The position numbers and the translations under genes are program-made. A DNA stretch of 64,000 nt from Firmicutes bacterium ADurb.Bin080 (GTDB lineage Bacteria > Bacillota > Clostridia > Christensenellales > DTU072): NCBI GenBank assembly GCA_002070965.1, contig MWEH01000092.1:19066-83065 (forward strand), written 5' to 3'. The notes below the pieces were generated by a model that worked only from the letters and a program-made list of their open reading frames with translations, had not been told where the DNA came from and searched no databases. Shown here piece after piece: positions 8,939 through 16,564 of this stretch; position 1 is the first letter of the stretch; every line of letters begins with the position of its first letter.

Positions 8939-10024
8939 ATGAAACGTAAACTAACGAATATAGAAATTAACAAACAGAAATGGAATAAAGAACTTAATTC
9001 CATCCTTGAAAATAAGCTTCCATTTTTTTGTATGGATTTTTTTGTCGGAATTGCGATGCGTACTTCTCTATTAACTCAAATTAATTATGCGCGTGATTTA
9101 TATATATTTTTTGATTTTCTCGTAAAAAAAGTTAATCATTTTTATGGTAAAGATATTTTATCTCTAACCCTAGATGATTTAAATGCTTTGGAAAGTAAGG
9201 ATTTGGAGTATTATCTAAAGTATTTGAATTTCTATGTTATAAATGGAATTGAAAGAACTAATGACTCAAAGGGAAAAGCTAGGAAACTGAGTGCGGTTAG
9301 ATCTATGCTATCATATTTTTATAAAAACAATAAAATTCAAGAAAATGTTGGCGTAAAAGTCTCAAGCCCCAAAATTCCAGAGAAACCAATCGTAAGACTC
9401 GAACCAATTGAGATCGAAAAAATTCTTGATTTATCAGAAGCAAAAGAAAAATTTTCTTCAGTTTTTCAGGACAAATATAATGCTCACACTTCAAAACGTG
9501 ATTACGCTATCATTGCCCTACTTCTCGGTACTGGAATTAGGGTAAGTGAATGTACAAATTTAAATATATTTGATGTGGATTTTAAAAACAACGCTTTTAA
9601 TGTTATTCGAAAGGGAGGTAACAGCGTAATTTTATATTTTTCGGATGAGGTTAAGGAGGCTTTAGTTGAATACTTACCAGAAAGACAAAACAGGCTTTTA
9701 TTAGCCGATAGAATTAATGAAGAAAACGCTTTCTTTATTTCCTTACAGAATACTCGTATTTCTCAAAGAGCAGTTGAAAATATTGTAAAAAAATATTCTA
9801 AATTAGTTAACCCTTTAAAGAATGTATCCCCCCATAAACTTCGAAGCACTTTTGGCACTGAAATGTATAAAAAAACAAAAGATATATATGTTGTAGCAGA
9901 GGTTTTGGGTCATAAAGATGTTAATACCACTAAGAAACATTATGCAGCAATTTCTGAAGAAATTAAGATGAATGCAGTAAAAAATGTCTCATTACGAAAT
10001 AATGACAAAAATAATTCTACTTAA
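8939..10024 (+). CDS. Tyrosine recombinase, XerS-like (single-recombinase Xer type)
   Basis: 361 aa counted from the ATG at 8939. Catalytic-domain motifs RDYAIIALLLGTGIRVSE, IRKGGN, SPHKLRSTF and LGHKDVNTTKKHY resemble my recollection of streptococcal XerS (ERDLAIIALLLASGVRLSE, TRKGGK, TPHKLRHT). The 68 codons upstream in the ORF track read as non-coding. Confidence 0.8.
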   Translation: MKRKLTNIEINKQKWNKELNSILENKLPFFCMDFFVGIAMRTSLLTQINYARDLYIFFDFLVKKVNHFYGKDILSLTLDDLNALESKDLEYYLKYLNFYVINGIERTNDSKGKARKLSAVRSMLSYFYKNNKIQENVGVKVSSPKIPEKPIVRLEPIEIEKILDLSEAKEKFSSVFQDKYNAHTSKRDYAIIALLLGTGIRVSECTNLNIFDVDFKNNAFNVIRKGGNSVILYFSDEVKEALVEYLPERQNRLLLADRINEENAFFISLQNTRISQRAVENIVKKYSKLVNPLKNVSPHKLRSTFGTEMYKKTKDIYVVAEVLGHKDVNTTKKHYAAISEEIKMNAVKNVSLRNNDKNNST

Positions 10025-10044
10025 TCACAAAATGAAGTACTGTG

Positions 10045-10053
10045 TGATATAAT
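10045..10053 (+). promoter_or_regulatory. Extended -10 element (TGATATAAT) upstream of lexA
   Basis: tgatataat lies 36 nt upstream of the lexA ATG. The -35 box is poor. Confidence 0.45.
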
Positions 10054-10088
10054 AAACATATATTATTTTAACGTTTTGGGTTTATTAG

Positions 10089-10712
10089 ATGAACAAGAAA
10101 AATGATATAGAGAATATTGTGACTAATCTTACAGAATATCTGAAGGATTATTTTTCCGTCAACCATAGACCCCCTACAATTCGAGAAATTGCTGGTGCTT
10201 TAAATATAAAATCTACTTCTACTGTATCTTATTATTTAAAAAAACTTGAGCAAAGAGATATTATTACGCTTAACTCACAATTGAGTCGTGGTATTCGGCT
10301 TAATACAACGGAGCCAATGGAATATGATTTTCTAAAAGTTCCTTTAATTGGAGAAATAACTGCGGGTGAGCCAATACTTGCTAATGAAAATTTTACAGAT
10401 GTTTTTATGCTTTCCAAAAATTTATTTTCTAATCTTGATAACTCTTTTATGTTGAAAGTTTCCGGAAGTAGTATGGTTGATATTGGAATCAACGATGGAG
10501 ATTATCTTCTCATAAAAAAACAGAATTACGCATTAAATGGACAAATTGTTGTTGCACTCATTGATAATGATTTAGCAACGGTAAAGAGATACTTTAATGA
10601 TGCATTGGGAATAAGACTCCACCCTGAAAATAAAAATATGCAGGATATATATCCAGAAAATCTTCAAATTATTGGTATTGTCTGCGGGCTTATACGGACT
10701 GAGGTAAAGTAG
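10089..10712 (+). CDS. lexA: SOS repressor LexA (S24 peptidase)
   Basis: LexA winged-helix segment PPTIREIAGALNIKSTSTVSYYLKKLEQRDII, Ala-Gly cleavage site in EITAGEP, Ser in GSSM, and Lys in TVKRY. Confidence 0.9.
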   Translation: MNKKNDIENIVTNLTEYLKDYFSVNHRPPTIREIAGALNIKSTSTVSYYLKKLEQRDIITLNSQLSRGIRLNTTEPMEYDFLKVPLIGEITAGEPILANENFTDVFMLSKNLFSNLDNSFMLKVSGSSMVDIGINDGDYLLIKKQNYALNGQIVVALIDNDLATVKRYFNDALGIRLHPENKNMQDIYPENLQIIGIVCGLIRTEVK

Positions 10713-10715
10713 TAA

Positions 10716-12026
10716 ATGGATAACATAAATTTTGATTTATTTAGAAGCCGAGTTGATACAATAATTCTAAGTGTTTTACAAGAAAAAGATAGATATGTAT
10801 ACGAGATTTTAGATTTAATATATAAAAATTCTGTAAGCCATTATGAGATTAAACAATCAACTTTGTACAATAGCATGAAAAGACTCGAGGCAACGGGTCT
10901 TGTAATATCGTATGAAGGGGCTGAATCAAACGGGGCAAAAAGAAAGTATTATTCCCTTACAGAAGACGGTAAGCAGCTTCTTAATAAAGAAAAGACATAT
11001 TGGGAGTATACAAGAACACTATTAGATAAACTTGTTAGCGATAAAGAGATTGATCTGGCTACTGTTTCTCCTCCTTTCAATGCAAGCTCGCTGAAACCAC
11101 TTACTCCACGGGCTAAGAGTAATCAATTAACAAATATTAACCCTGTAATAGAATCTAATGAAAAAGGATCTTCAGATAAAGAGTTAGAATTTTGTCCTTC
11201 AACAGAATCTATGGCCCCACGCACAAATTTGGGAAAATCTTCCTTTGAATTTGATAAAGCAAGAGATAAGGCAAGTGAAATTTTGGGATTGGGTATTTTT
11301 GAGCCTATTAATGTGGATGATAGAGTTTCTTCTTTTATTGATAATTCTTCTTCCCCTACTTTGTCTTCTCTGGGAGCACAAACTTATCCAGTAAACAATG
11401 AAACTACCCCGTATCAAAATTATAGAGAAGCCCTTGGTTCCTTATATGATGACCCAGATTCAAAAGTATCACCTCTAGAAGATGTTGAAGAGTTTGTCGA
11501 TATGGAAAATCGTTCAGATGGCCAAGATTATTCTTCATCTTCGCACCACTTTAATGACATGAAACAATTGTTAAGCAATGAAGGCTTTAGAATTAAAATC
11601 TACAGCAGAGCAAATAGTTCAAATTTTTACTATATGAACTATTATTACTCAAATAAACTATTAAGAGATTCGACTCTACTAACTTATTTATTATTTTTTA
11701 TAGGCTTATTAGTCTTTTCTATATTTAAAAATGAAACCATACCTTGGATAATCCTTTCTGTATCAATATTCATACCAGTTATAGGGATATATATATGGAA
11801 ACAAAATCCCTTAAAAAGAATTAGAGCTACAAATAAATATATTATTAGTGTAATTATTGGATTATGTATTTATTTATTATTAATTGGCATTGTTTTGTCT
11901 TTTTCTTTCTTATTAAATATAAATAATATCACATATCCAGTGTATATCTTTCTTTTTGCAATACCCTTATTTACAATAATAAAAACATTTCTATATAGGA
12001 CTAAGAGATATCATTTAAAAAAATAA
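10716..12026 (+). CDS. PadR-family winged-helix regulator fused to a long disordered linker and a C-terminal polytopic membrane domain
   Basis: N-terminal PadR pattern (YVYEILDLI...STLYNSMKRLEATGLV...KRKYYSLTEDGKQLL). A Ser/Pro/Asp/Glu-rich stretch of about 170 aa follows. About 4 hydrophobic helices lie in the last 120 aa. GAGGT SD 10 nt upstream, and the gene starts 3 nt after the lexA stop. Confidence 0.8.
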   Translation: MDNINFDLFRSRVDTIILSVLQEKDRYVYEILDLIYKNSVSHYEIKQSTLYNSMKRLEATGLVISYEGAESNGAKRKYYSLTEDGKQLLNKEKTYWEYTRTLLDKLVSDKEIDLATVSPPFNASSLKPLTPRAKSNQLTNINPVIESNEKGSSDKELEFCPSTESMAPRTNLGKSSFEFDKARDKASEILGLGIFEPINVDDRVSSFIDNSSSPTLSSLGAQTYPVNNETTPYQNYREALGSLYDDPDSKVSPLEDVEEFVDMENRSDGQDYSSSSHHFNDMKQLLSNEGFRIKIYSRANSSNFYYMNYYYSNKLLRDSTLLTYLLFFIGLLVFSIFKNETIPWIILSVSIFIPVIGIYIWKQNPLKRIRATNKYIISVIIGLCIYLLLIGIVLSFSFLLNINNITYPVYIFLFAIPLFTIIKTFLYRTKRYHLKK

Positions 12027-12042
12027 ATCCAAACCATTCCCC

Positions 12043-12492
12043 TCAATTATTCTTTGTATTCTTTACTATCTCTGATTTTGCAATTTCATCACATCTAATA
12101 TTGTATAAATTATCAGAATGACCTTTTACTTTAATTATATTTACTATATGTTTTTCAGACTCCTCTATTAATGCTTCCCATAAATCCCTATTCTTGACCT
12201 CATTCCTAGATTTGGTATACCATTCGTGGGAGCGCCAATAATTAATCCACCCCAAAATAAAAGCATTAGTGACATACGCACTATCGCTATATACACTAAC
12301 ATAACAGCTTTCTTTAAGTTCTTTTAAGCCTTTAACCACTGCTAATAGCTCCATTCTGTTGTTGGTTGTATAATTCTCAAACCCTGATATTATTTTCTCA
12401 TGATTGTTGTAAATTAAAATAGAACACCACCCACCAGCCCCAGGATTTCCAGAGCAAGCCCCATCCGTGTATATATCAACTCCTTTTCTCAT
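12043..12492 (-). CDS. rnhA: Ribonuclease HI
   Basis: IYTDGACSGNPGAGGW, NNRMEL and KGHSD motifs. ATGA overlap with proC. Confidence 0.92.
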   Translation of the reverse strand: MRKGVDIYTDGACSGNPGAGGWCSILIYNNHEKIISGFENYTTNNRMELLAVVKGLKELKESCYVSVYSDSAYVTNAFILGWINYWRSHEWYTKSRNEVKNRDLWEALIEESEKHIVNIIKVKGHSDNLYNIRCDEIAKSEIVKNTKNN

Positions 12493-13298
12493 TGCTTCTC
12501 CGAAAGTTCCTTAGATTTATTTTTACACGCTTCAATTCCATTATATATAATTTCCGCAAGATTATTATCTCTAAAAATATTAATCGCTTCAATGGTTGTC
12601 CCGCCTTTTGAGCAAACCTTCTCAATCAACTCATTAATCGGTATTTTTGATTCCTTAGCATATAATGCACTTCCAACTAAAGTATCATAAGTTAATATAG
12701 TGCTGTCTTCTCTAGATAAGCCTAATTTAATCCCTGCATTAATCATTGCTTGCGCAATGTAGAAAATATAAGCTGGGCCACTTCCACTAATACTTGTTAG
12801 AACATCAAATTTATCTTCGGAAATCTCAATTACATCTCCACAATTTGAAAGTAAATCCTTTGAAAAAGAAATAACTTCCTTTGGGCATTTTTTTTCACAA
12901 AAACCAATAGTTCCCTGTCCTATAAGGCAGGGTAAATTGGGCATTATCCTAATAAAACCTTTTGTATTAAAAAATATTTTTTCTAGACTTTCTATTTTTA
13001 CTCCAGCCATTATACTTAAAACATAATCCGGATGATTTTCAAAATTTAAATCATTTTTAAGATCTCTAAAATTCTGAGGCTTGATACCGATTAATAAAAT
13101 ATTTGAATTTTTAAACAAAAAATCGATCGATGGAGCAATAGTAATGCCGTAATTGACAAATTTTGACATCTTGCTCGCATCAGTATCAAAAACAATAATT
13201 TCGCTACCATCAATAAATTTTGATTTACAATCAAGTAGTGACGTTAAAATACCCCCTGCCATAACACCAACACCTAAAAAACCTAGTTTATAACTCAT
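12489..13298 (-). CDS. proC: Pyrroline-5-carboxylate reductase
   Basis: Rossmann N-terminus LGFLGVGVMAGG and C-terminal CSKGGTT motif. AAGGAG SD. Confidence 0.9.
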   Translation of the reverse strand: MSYKLGFLGVGVMAGGILTSLLDCKSKFIDGSEIIVFDTDASKMSKFVNYGITIAPSIDFLFKNSNILLIGIKPQNFRDLKNDLNFENHPDYVLSIMAGVKIESLEKIFFNTKGFIRIMPNLPCLIGQGTIGFCEKKCPKEVISFSKDLLSNCGDVIEISEDKFDVLTSISGSGPAYIFYIAQAMINAGIKLGLSREDSTILTYDTLVGSALYAKESKIPINELIEKVCSKGGTTIEAINIFRDNNLAEIIYNGIEACKNKSKELSEKQ

Positions 13299-13313
13299 AA
13301 AAGCTCCTTTTCG

Positions 13314-13343
13314 TTGACATAAAAGATCATTACACTATATAAT
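13314..13343 (+). promoter_or_regulatory. Promoter of tRNA-Trp: TTGACA-N18-TATAAT
   Basis: ttgaca at 13314-13319 and tataat at 13338-13343. The tRNA starts 14 nt downstream. Confidence 0.65.
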
Positions 13344-13356
13344 AAGTTAGAAATAA

Positions 13357-13431
13357 AGGGGAGTGGCTCAACGGTAGAGCAACGGTCTCCAAAACCGTTG
13401 GTTGCGTGTTCAAATCGCGTCTCCCCTGCCA
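13357..13431 (+). tRNA. trnW: tRNA-Trp (anticodon CCA), with genomically encoded 3' CCA
   Basis: Acceptor stem AGGGGAG/CTCCCCT. Anticodon stem ACGGT/ACCGT with loop CTCCAAA. T-arm contains GTTCAAATC. Discriminator G followed by CCA. Confidence 0.93.
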
Positions 13432-13459
13432 AAATGCCTGGTTTCAAGGCATTTTTTTT
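13432..13459 (+). terminator. Intrinsic terminator after tRNA-Trp
   Basis: aaatgcct-ggtttca-aggcattt followed by a T-run. Confidence 0.8.
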
Positions 13460-13495
13460 ATTATATCAAAATTTTATTAAACTCTCAAATTCATT

Positions 13496-13524
13496 TTAAA
13501 AATGGCCGCTTTACTTAGCGGCCA
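13496..13524 (-). terminator. Intrinsic terminator after the ispH-S1 gene
   Basis: GC-rich 8-bp stem tggccgct/agcggcca with a 6-nt loop, followed on the minus strand by TTTTT. Confidence 0.75.
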
Positions 13525-13530
13525 CAATAA

Positions 13531-15900
13531 TTATTTATTCTTCTCTTCTTGTTCTAATTGTAAAAGCAATTTTTTTGCTTCAGCCGTATCGCCGATTGTG
13601 GCGCCAAGAGACTGACTTGAAATATGATCTCTTGTTTCATAGTCTTTTAAAGTGTCACTTCTTTTGGTTGTTTTTCTTTGTGGTTTAGATTCATGCTCAA
13701 GTTCCTGTGTTTTTTCAATCTTTTTATCACTTCTTTTTACAGGTTTATCTTGCTTTTCAAACTTATGATCCCTCTCAGCTTTCTTCTGCTGTCTAATTTC
13801 ATCAATTTCATCTTGTGTTGGGGGTTCAAGTAAATCTTTGATGCTTAAACTAACCTTAGAACCATCATATTTAATTATACGTGCACTAACTGTTTGTCCA
13901 ACTTCAAGAACAGATTCAACCTTATCTACTCTATCGTAAGAAATCTGAGAAATATGTACTAAGCCATCAACGCCATCACCTATTGATACAAATGCGCCAA
14001 AAGGCATAATCCTTTCTACTTTTCCAGTAACAATAGATCCTTCAGGGTATTTCTCCGCTAAAATCTCTATAGGTTGTTTCGTTAATTGTTTCATTCCTAA
14101 AGATACTTTGTTGCGCTCTCTATCTGACTCCAATACAACAAAGTTGTATTCCTTGCCAATTTCTAAAACCTTATCTGGATGATCTATTCTTCCCCAGGTT
14201 AACTCAGAAATATGGGCTAAGCAATCATGTCCACTAACTGACACAAATGCACCAAAATAATGGCCATCTTTTTCTCCGTATCTTACAACAGTACCTTTTA
14301 CAACTTTTCCAACAACTGCTAATGCCCAAAAAGCATCTTCCGTTTCTTGTGCGATTGCTCTTTGTCCAGCATAAATATTCCACTTATTATTCTTTTTCTT
14401 CTCCTCGCCTTCTTTTGGAGGAAGTATTCTTAATAAAACTTTCTTTCCAACTAAAGCAGCTAACTTTTTCCCAGGGGTATAATTTAACTGACTTTTTGGG
14501 GCATAAACAGTATATCTTCCTACTTTAAAGTTTAACCCTGTTTCAAACTCTTTTTGTCCATCTATCTTTTTCGCAACATCTGTACAAGTAAGCTCTACAT
14601 CTTTCCCAGCCTTTAATTGCTCTACATACTCTTCTTCTTTTTCAATTCTTTCGAAATCTTTTTTTGAGAATTCAACTGTTTGTGATTGTTGTGAGTCTTT
14701 AATAACAGCATAAAATTTTTGTCCAAGTGAAAAATCCGCAGGGGTCAATTTTCCTTCGCTGTCCAATTCTTCAGTTGCAATATATCCATGATCATTCTTT
14801 CTATTCATAGGATCGAATGAAATTATCAATTTATCTTTATTAGAAGTATCAGAAACTATTACTTCTTTTATTTGGCCATTTCTCAAAGGCCGTCTTGGTT
14901 TGTCAGAAATAGATTGAAATATCGATTCCATTGTAGAATCTTCCGTATCTTTATCTTTAATTGTTACAACTTTAGAAACAGAATCATCCTCTTGGACAGG
15001 TACTTCAGAGACCTTCTTCACTTCATCAATTTTGCTGTTTTCTTGATTTAATAAATCATCCATTAAACTAATAACCTCCATAATCAACTCATAAGGAGTT
15101 GATGCGCCCGCAACTATGCCAAGCTTTTTAATCGAAAATATAAGAGGAGAGATATTTAAAACTTCATTTGGCTCTGAAACAAAAAAAACTTTTTCGCATT
15201 TTGTCAAAGCTGTATTGTATAATTCCACAGTATTATTGCTAGTTTTATCGCCTATTACAATGACGGCATCAGATAAACAAGCGGTCTCTATGCAACTATC
15301 CCTTCTCGCTAATGTAGTATAGCAAATGCTATCAAATATATCAACTATTTTGCCCATTTTATTGGCTTCTTCTCTCAATAAATAGATATGTTTCGAATGA
15401 TTATTTGTGGAAAATGTTGTTTGGAATACTACAAAAAAGGAGCCCCCTTCATTTAAAAAAGAAAAATCAGTAATGTCATTTAAAATAATGTAATTTTTTA
15501 AATATGAAGCAATATACTTAATTTCTGGATGTTTTTCATCTCCATATATAATAATTCTAAAATTTTTATTTTCGTACAATTCTGCTTTTTCTTTTATTAT
15601 CTTTACGTTGGGACAAACGGAGTCATATATACTGCAATTTTTGTTTGTCAATGAAAAAAAAGACTCTTTGATTAACCCATGAGCTCTTGATAAAACCTTC
15701 GAAAAAGCTGGAATATCATCGACAGAATCAACTGTTATTAAGCCTTGCTTTGAAAGAGATTGTATTACAGATTGGTTGTGGATCAAAGGACCTATGCAAT
15801 AAATCCTATCATTCGAGTTTTTGAGCAAATTTTGTGTAATTGAGATAGCTCGTTTTACTCCTGAACAAAAACCAGTCTCATTCGAAATTAAAACTTGCAT
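13531..15900 (-). CDS. ispH: Bifunctional IspH (HMBPP reductase) / ribosomal protein S1-domain fusion
   Basis: N-terminal LytB/IspH (GFCSGVKRAI, and HNQ in PLIHNQSV). The C-terminal part carries several S1 repeats (GKVVKGTVVRYGEKDG.. GAFVSV.. GLVHISQIS). The tail is Lys/Glu-rich. Confidence 0.88.
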   Translation of the reverse strand: MQVLISNETGFCSGVKRAISITQNLLKNSNDRIYCIGPLIHNQSVIQSLSKQGLITVDSVDDIPAFSKVLSRAHGLIKESFFSLTNKNCSIYDSVCPNVKIIKEKAELYENKNFRIIIYGDEKHPEIKYIASYLKNYIILNDITDFSFLNEGGSFFVVFQTTFSTNNHSKHIYLLREEANKMGKIVDIFDSICYTTLARRDSCIETACLSDAVIVIGDKTSNNTVELYNTALTKCEKVFFVSEPNEVLNISPLIFSIKKLGIVAGASTPYELIMEVISLMDDLLNQENSKIDEVKKVSEVPVQEDDSVSKVVTIKDKDTEDSTMESIFQSISDKPRRPLRNGQIKEVIVSDTSNKDKLIISFDPMNRKNDHGYIATEELDSEGKLTPADFSLGQKFYAVIKDSQQSQTVEFSKKDFERIEKEEEYVEQLKAGKDVELTCTDVAKKIDGQKEFETGLNFKVGRYTVYAPKSQLNYTPGKKLAALVGKKVLLRILPPKEGEEKKKNNKWNIYAGQRAIAQETEDAFWALAVVGKVVKGTVVRYGEKDGHYFGAFVSVSGHDCLAHISELTWGRIDHPDKVLEIGKEYNFVVLESDRERNKVSLGMKQLTKQPIEILAEKYPEGSIVTGKVERIMPFGAFVSIGDGVDGLVHISQISYDRVDKVESVLEVGQTVSARIIKYDGSKVSLSIKDLLEPPTQDEIDEIRQQKKAERDHKFEKQDKPVKRSDKKIEKTQELEHESKPQRKTTKRSDTLKDYETRDHISSQSLGATIGDTAEAKKLLLQLEQEEKNK

Positions 15901-16541
15901 ATATTCTCTATTGAATTGACTACTTCTTCTATTGAAAGATCAGAAGTGTCTAATAAAATAGCATCTCCCGCTTGTTTTAAAGGCGCAAAATCTCTGTGTA
16001 TGTCTTGATAATCCCTCGCTTGTATTTCTTCTAAAATCTGGCTGTAAGGTTGTTCTTGTCCACGTTCTATTAGCTCAATATATCTTCTTTTTGCTCTAGT
16101 CTCAGGTGAAGCGGTTAAGAATATTTTATATTCTGCGTTTGGAAGAACAAATGTGCCTATATCTCTTCCATCTAGAACGCAATCAGATTTATTCGCGATT
16201 TCTCTTTGTAGTTCTACTAGTTTTAATCTTACTTTTGGATACTTAGATACAGTCGATGCTGCCATACTAATGGAATTTTCCCTTATAAAAGGAGATATGT
16301 CTTCCCCATTCACCCAAACAGATTGAAGGTTATTCTCATATTTAATATTCATAGTAATTTCATCTAAAATAGTCTCAACATTTTCCCTGTCGTTTGGCTG
16401 AATCCCCTTTTTTAAGACATAGTATGCAACTCCTCGATACATTGCCCCTGTGTCTAAATACAAAATATTTAATTTTTTAGCTAAAATTTTTGCTATTGTA
16501 CTTTTCCCCGCTCCAGCAGGGCCATCAATCGCTATGTTCAT
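15888..16541 (-). CDS. cmk: Cytidylate kinase
   Basis: IAIDGPAGAGKST P-loop and GGAGGAG SD. Confidence 0.93.
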   Translation of the reverse strand: MNIAIDGPAGAGKSTIAKILAKKLNILYLDTGAMYRGVAYYVLKKGIQPNDRENVETILDEITMNIKYENNLQSVWVNGEDISPFIRENSISMAASTVSKYPKVRLKLVELQREIANKSDCVLDGRDIGTFVLPNAEYKIFLTASPETRAKRRYIELIERGQEQPYSQILEEIQARDYQDIHRDFAPLKQAGDAILLDTSDLSIEEVVNSIENICKF

Positions 16542-16564
16542 CAGAAAACTCCTCCATATGAATA

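Noticed and set aside
10025-10088. Search for a LexA operator upstream of lexA (Cheo box GAAC-N4-GTTC)
   Set aside because: No match. The nearest sequence, AAACATATATTA at 10054-10065, is not palindromic. The ATCACA-N13-TGTGAT repeat at 10023-10047 is only 6 bp per arm. No call can be supported.
8939-12026. Integrase plus S24 repressor plus regulator read as a degenerate prophage or integrative-element lysogeny module
   Set aside because: The S24 protein has the full LexA-type winged helix and cleavage site rather than a CI/Cro-type HTH. The recombinase looks Xer/XerS-like. There are no phage structural, replication or excisionase genes, and I saw no flanking direct repeats. By-eye repeat detection is limited.
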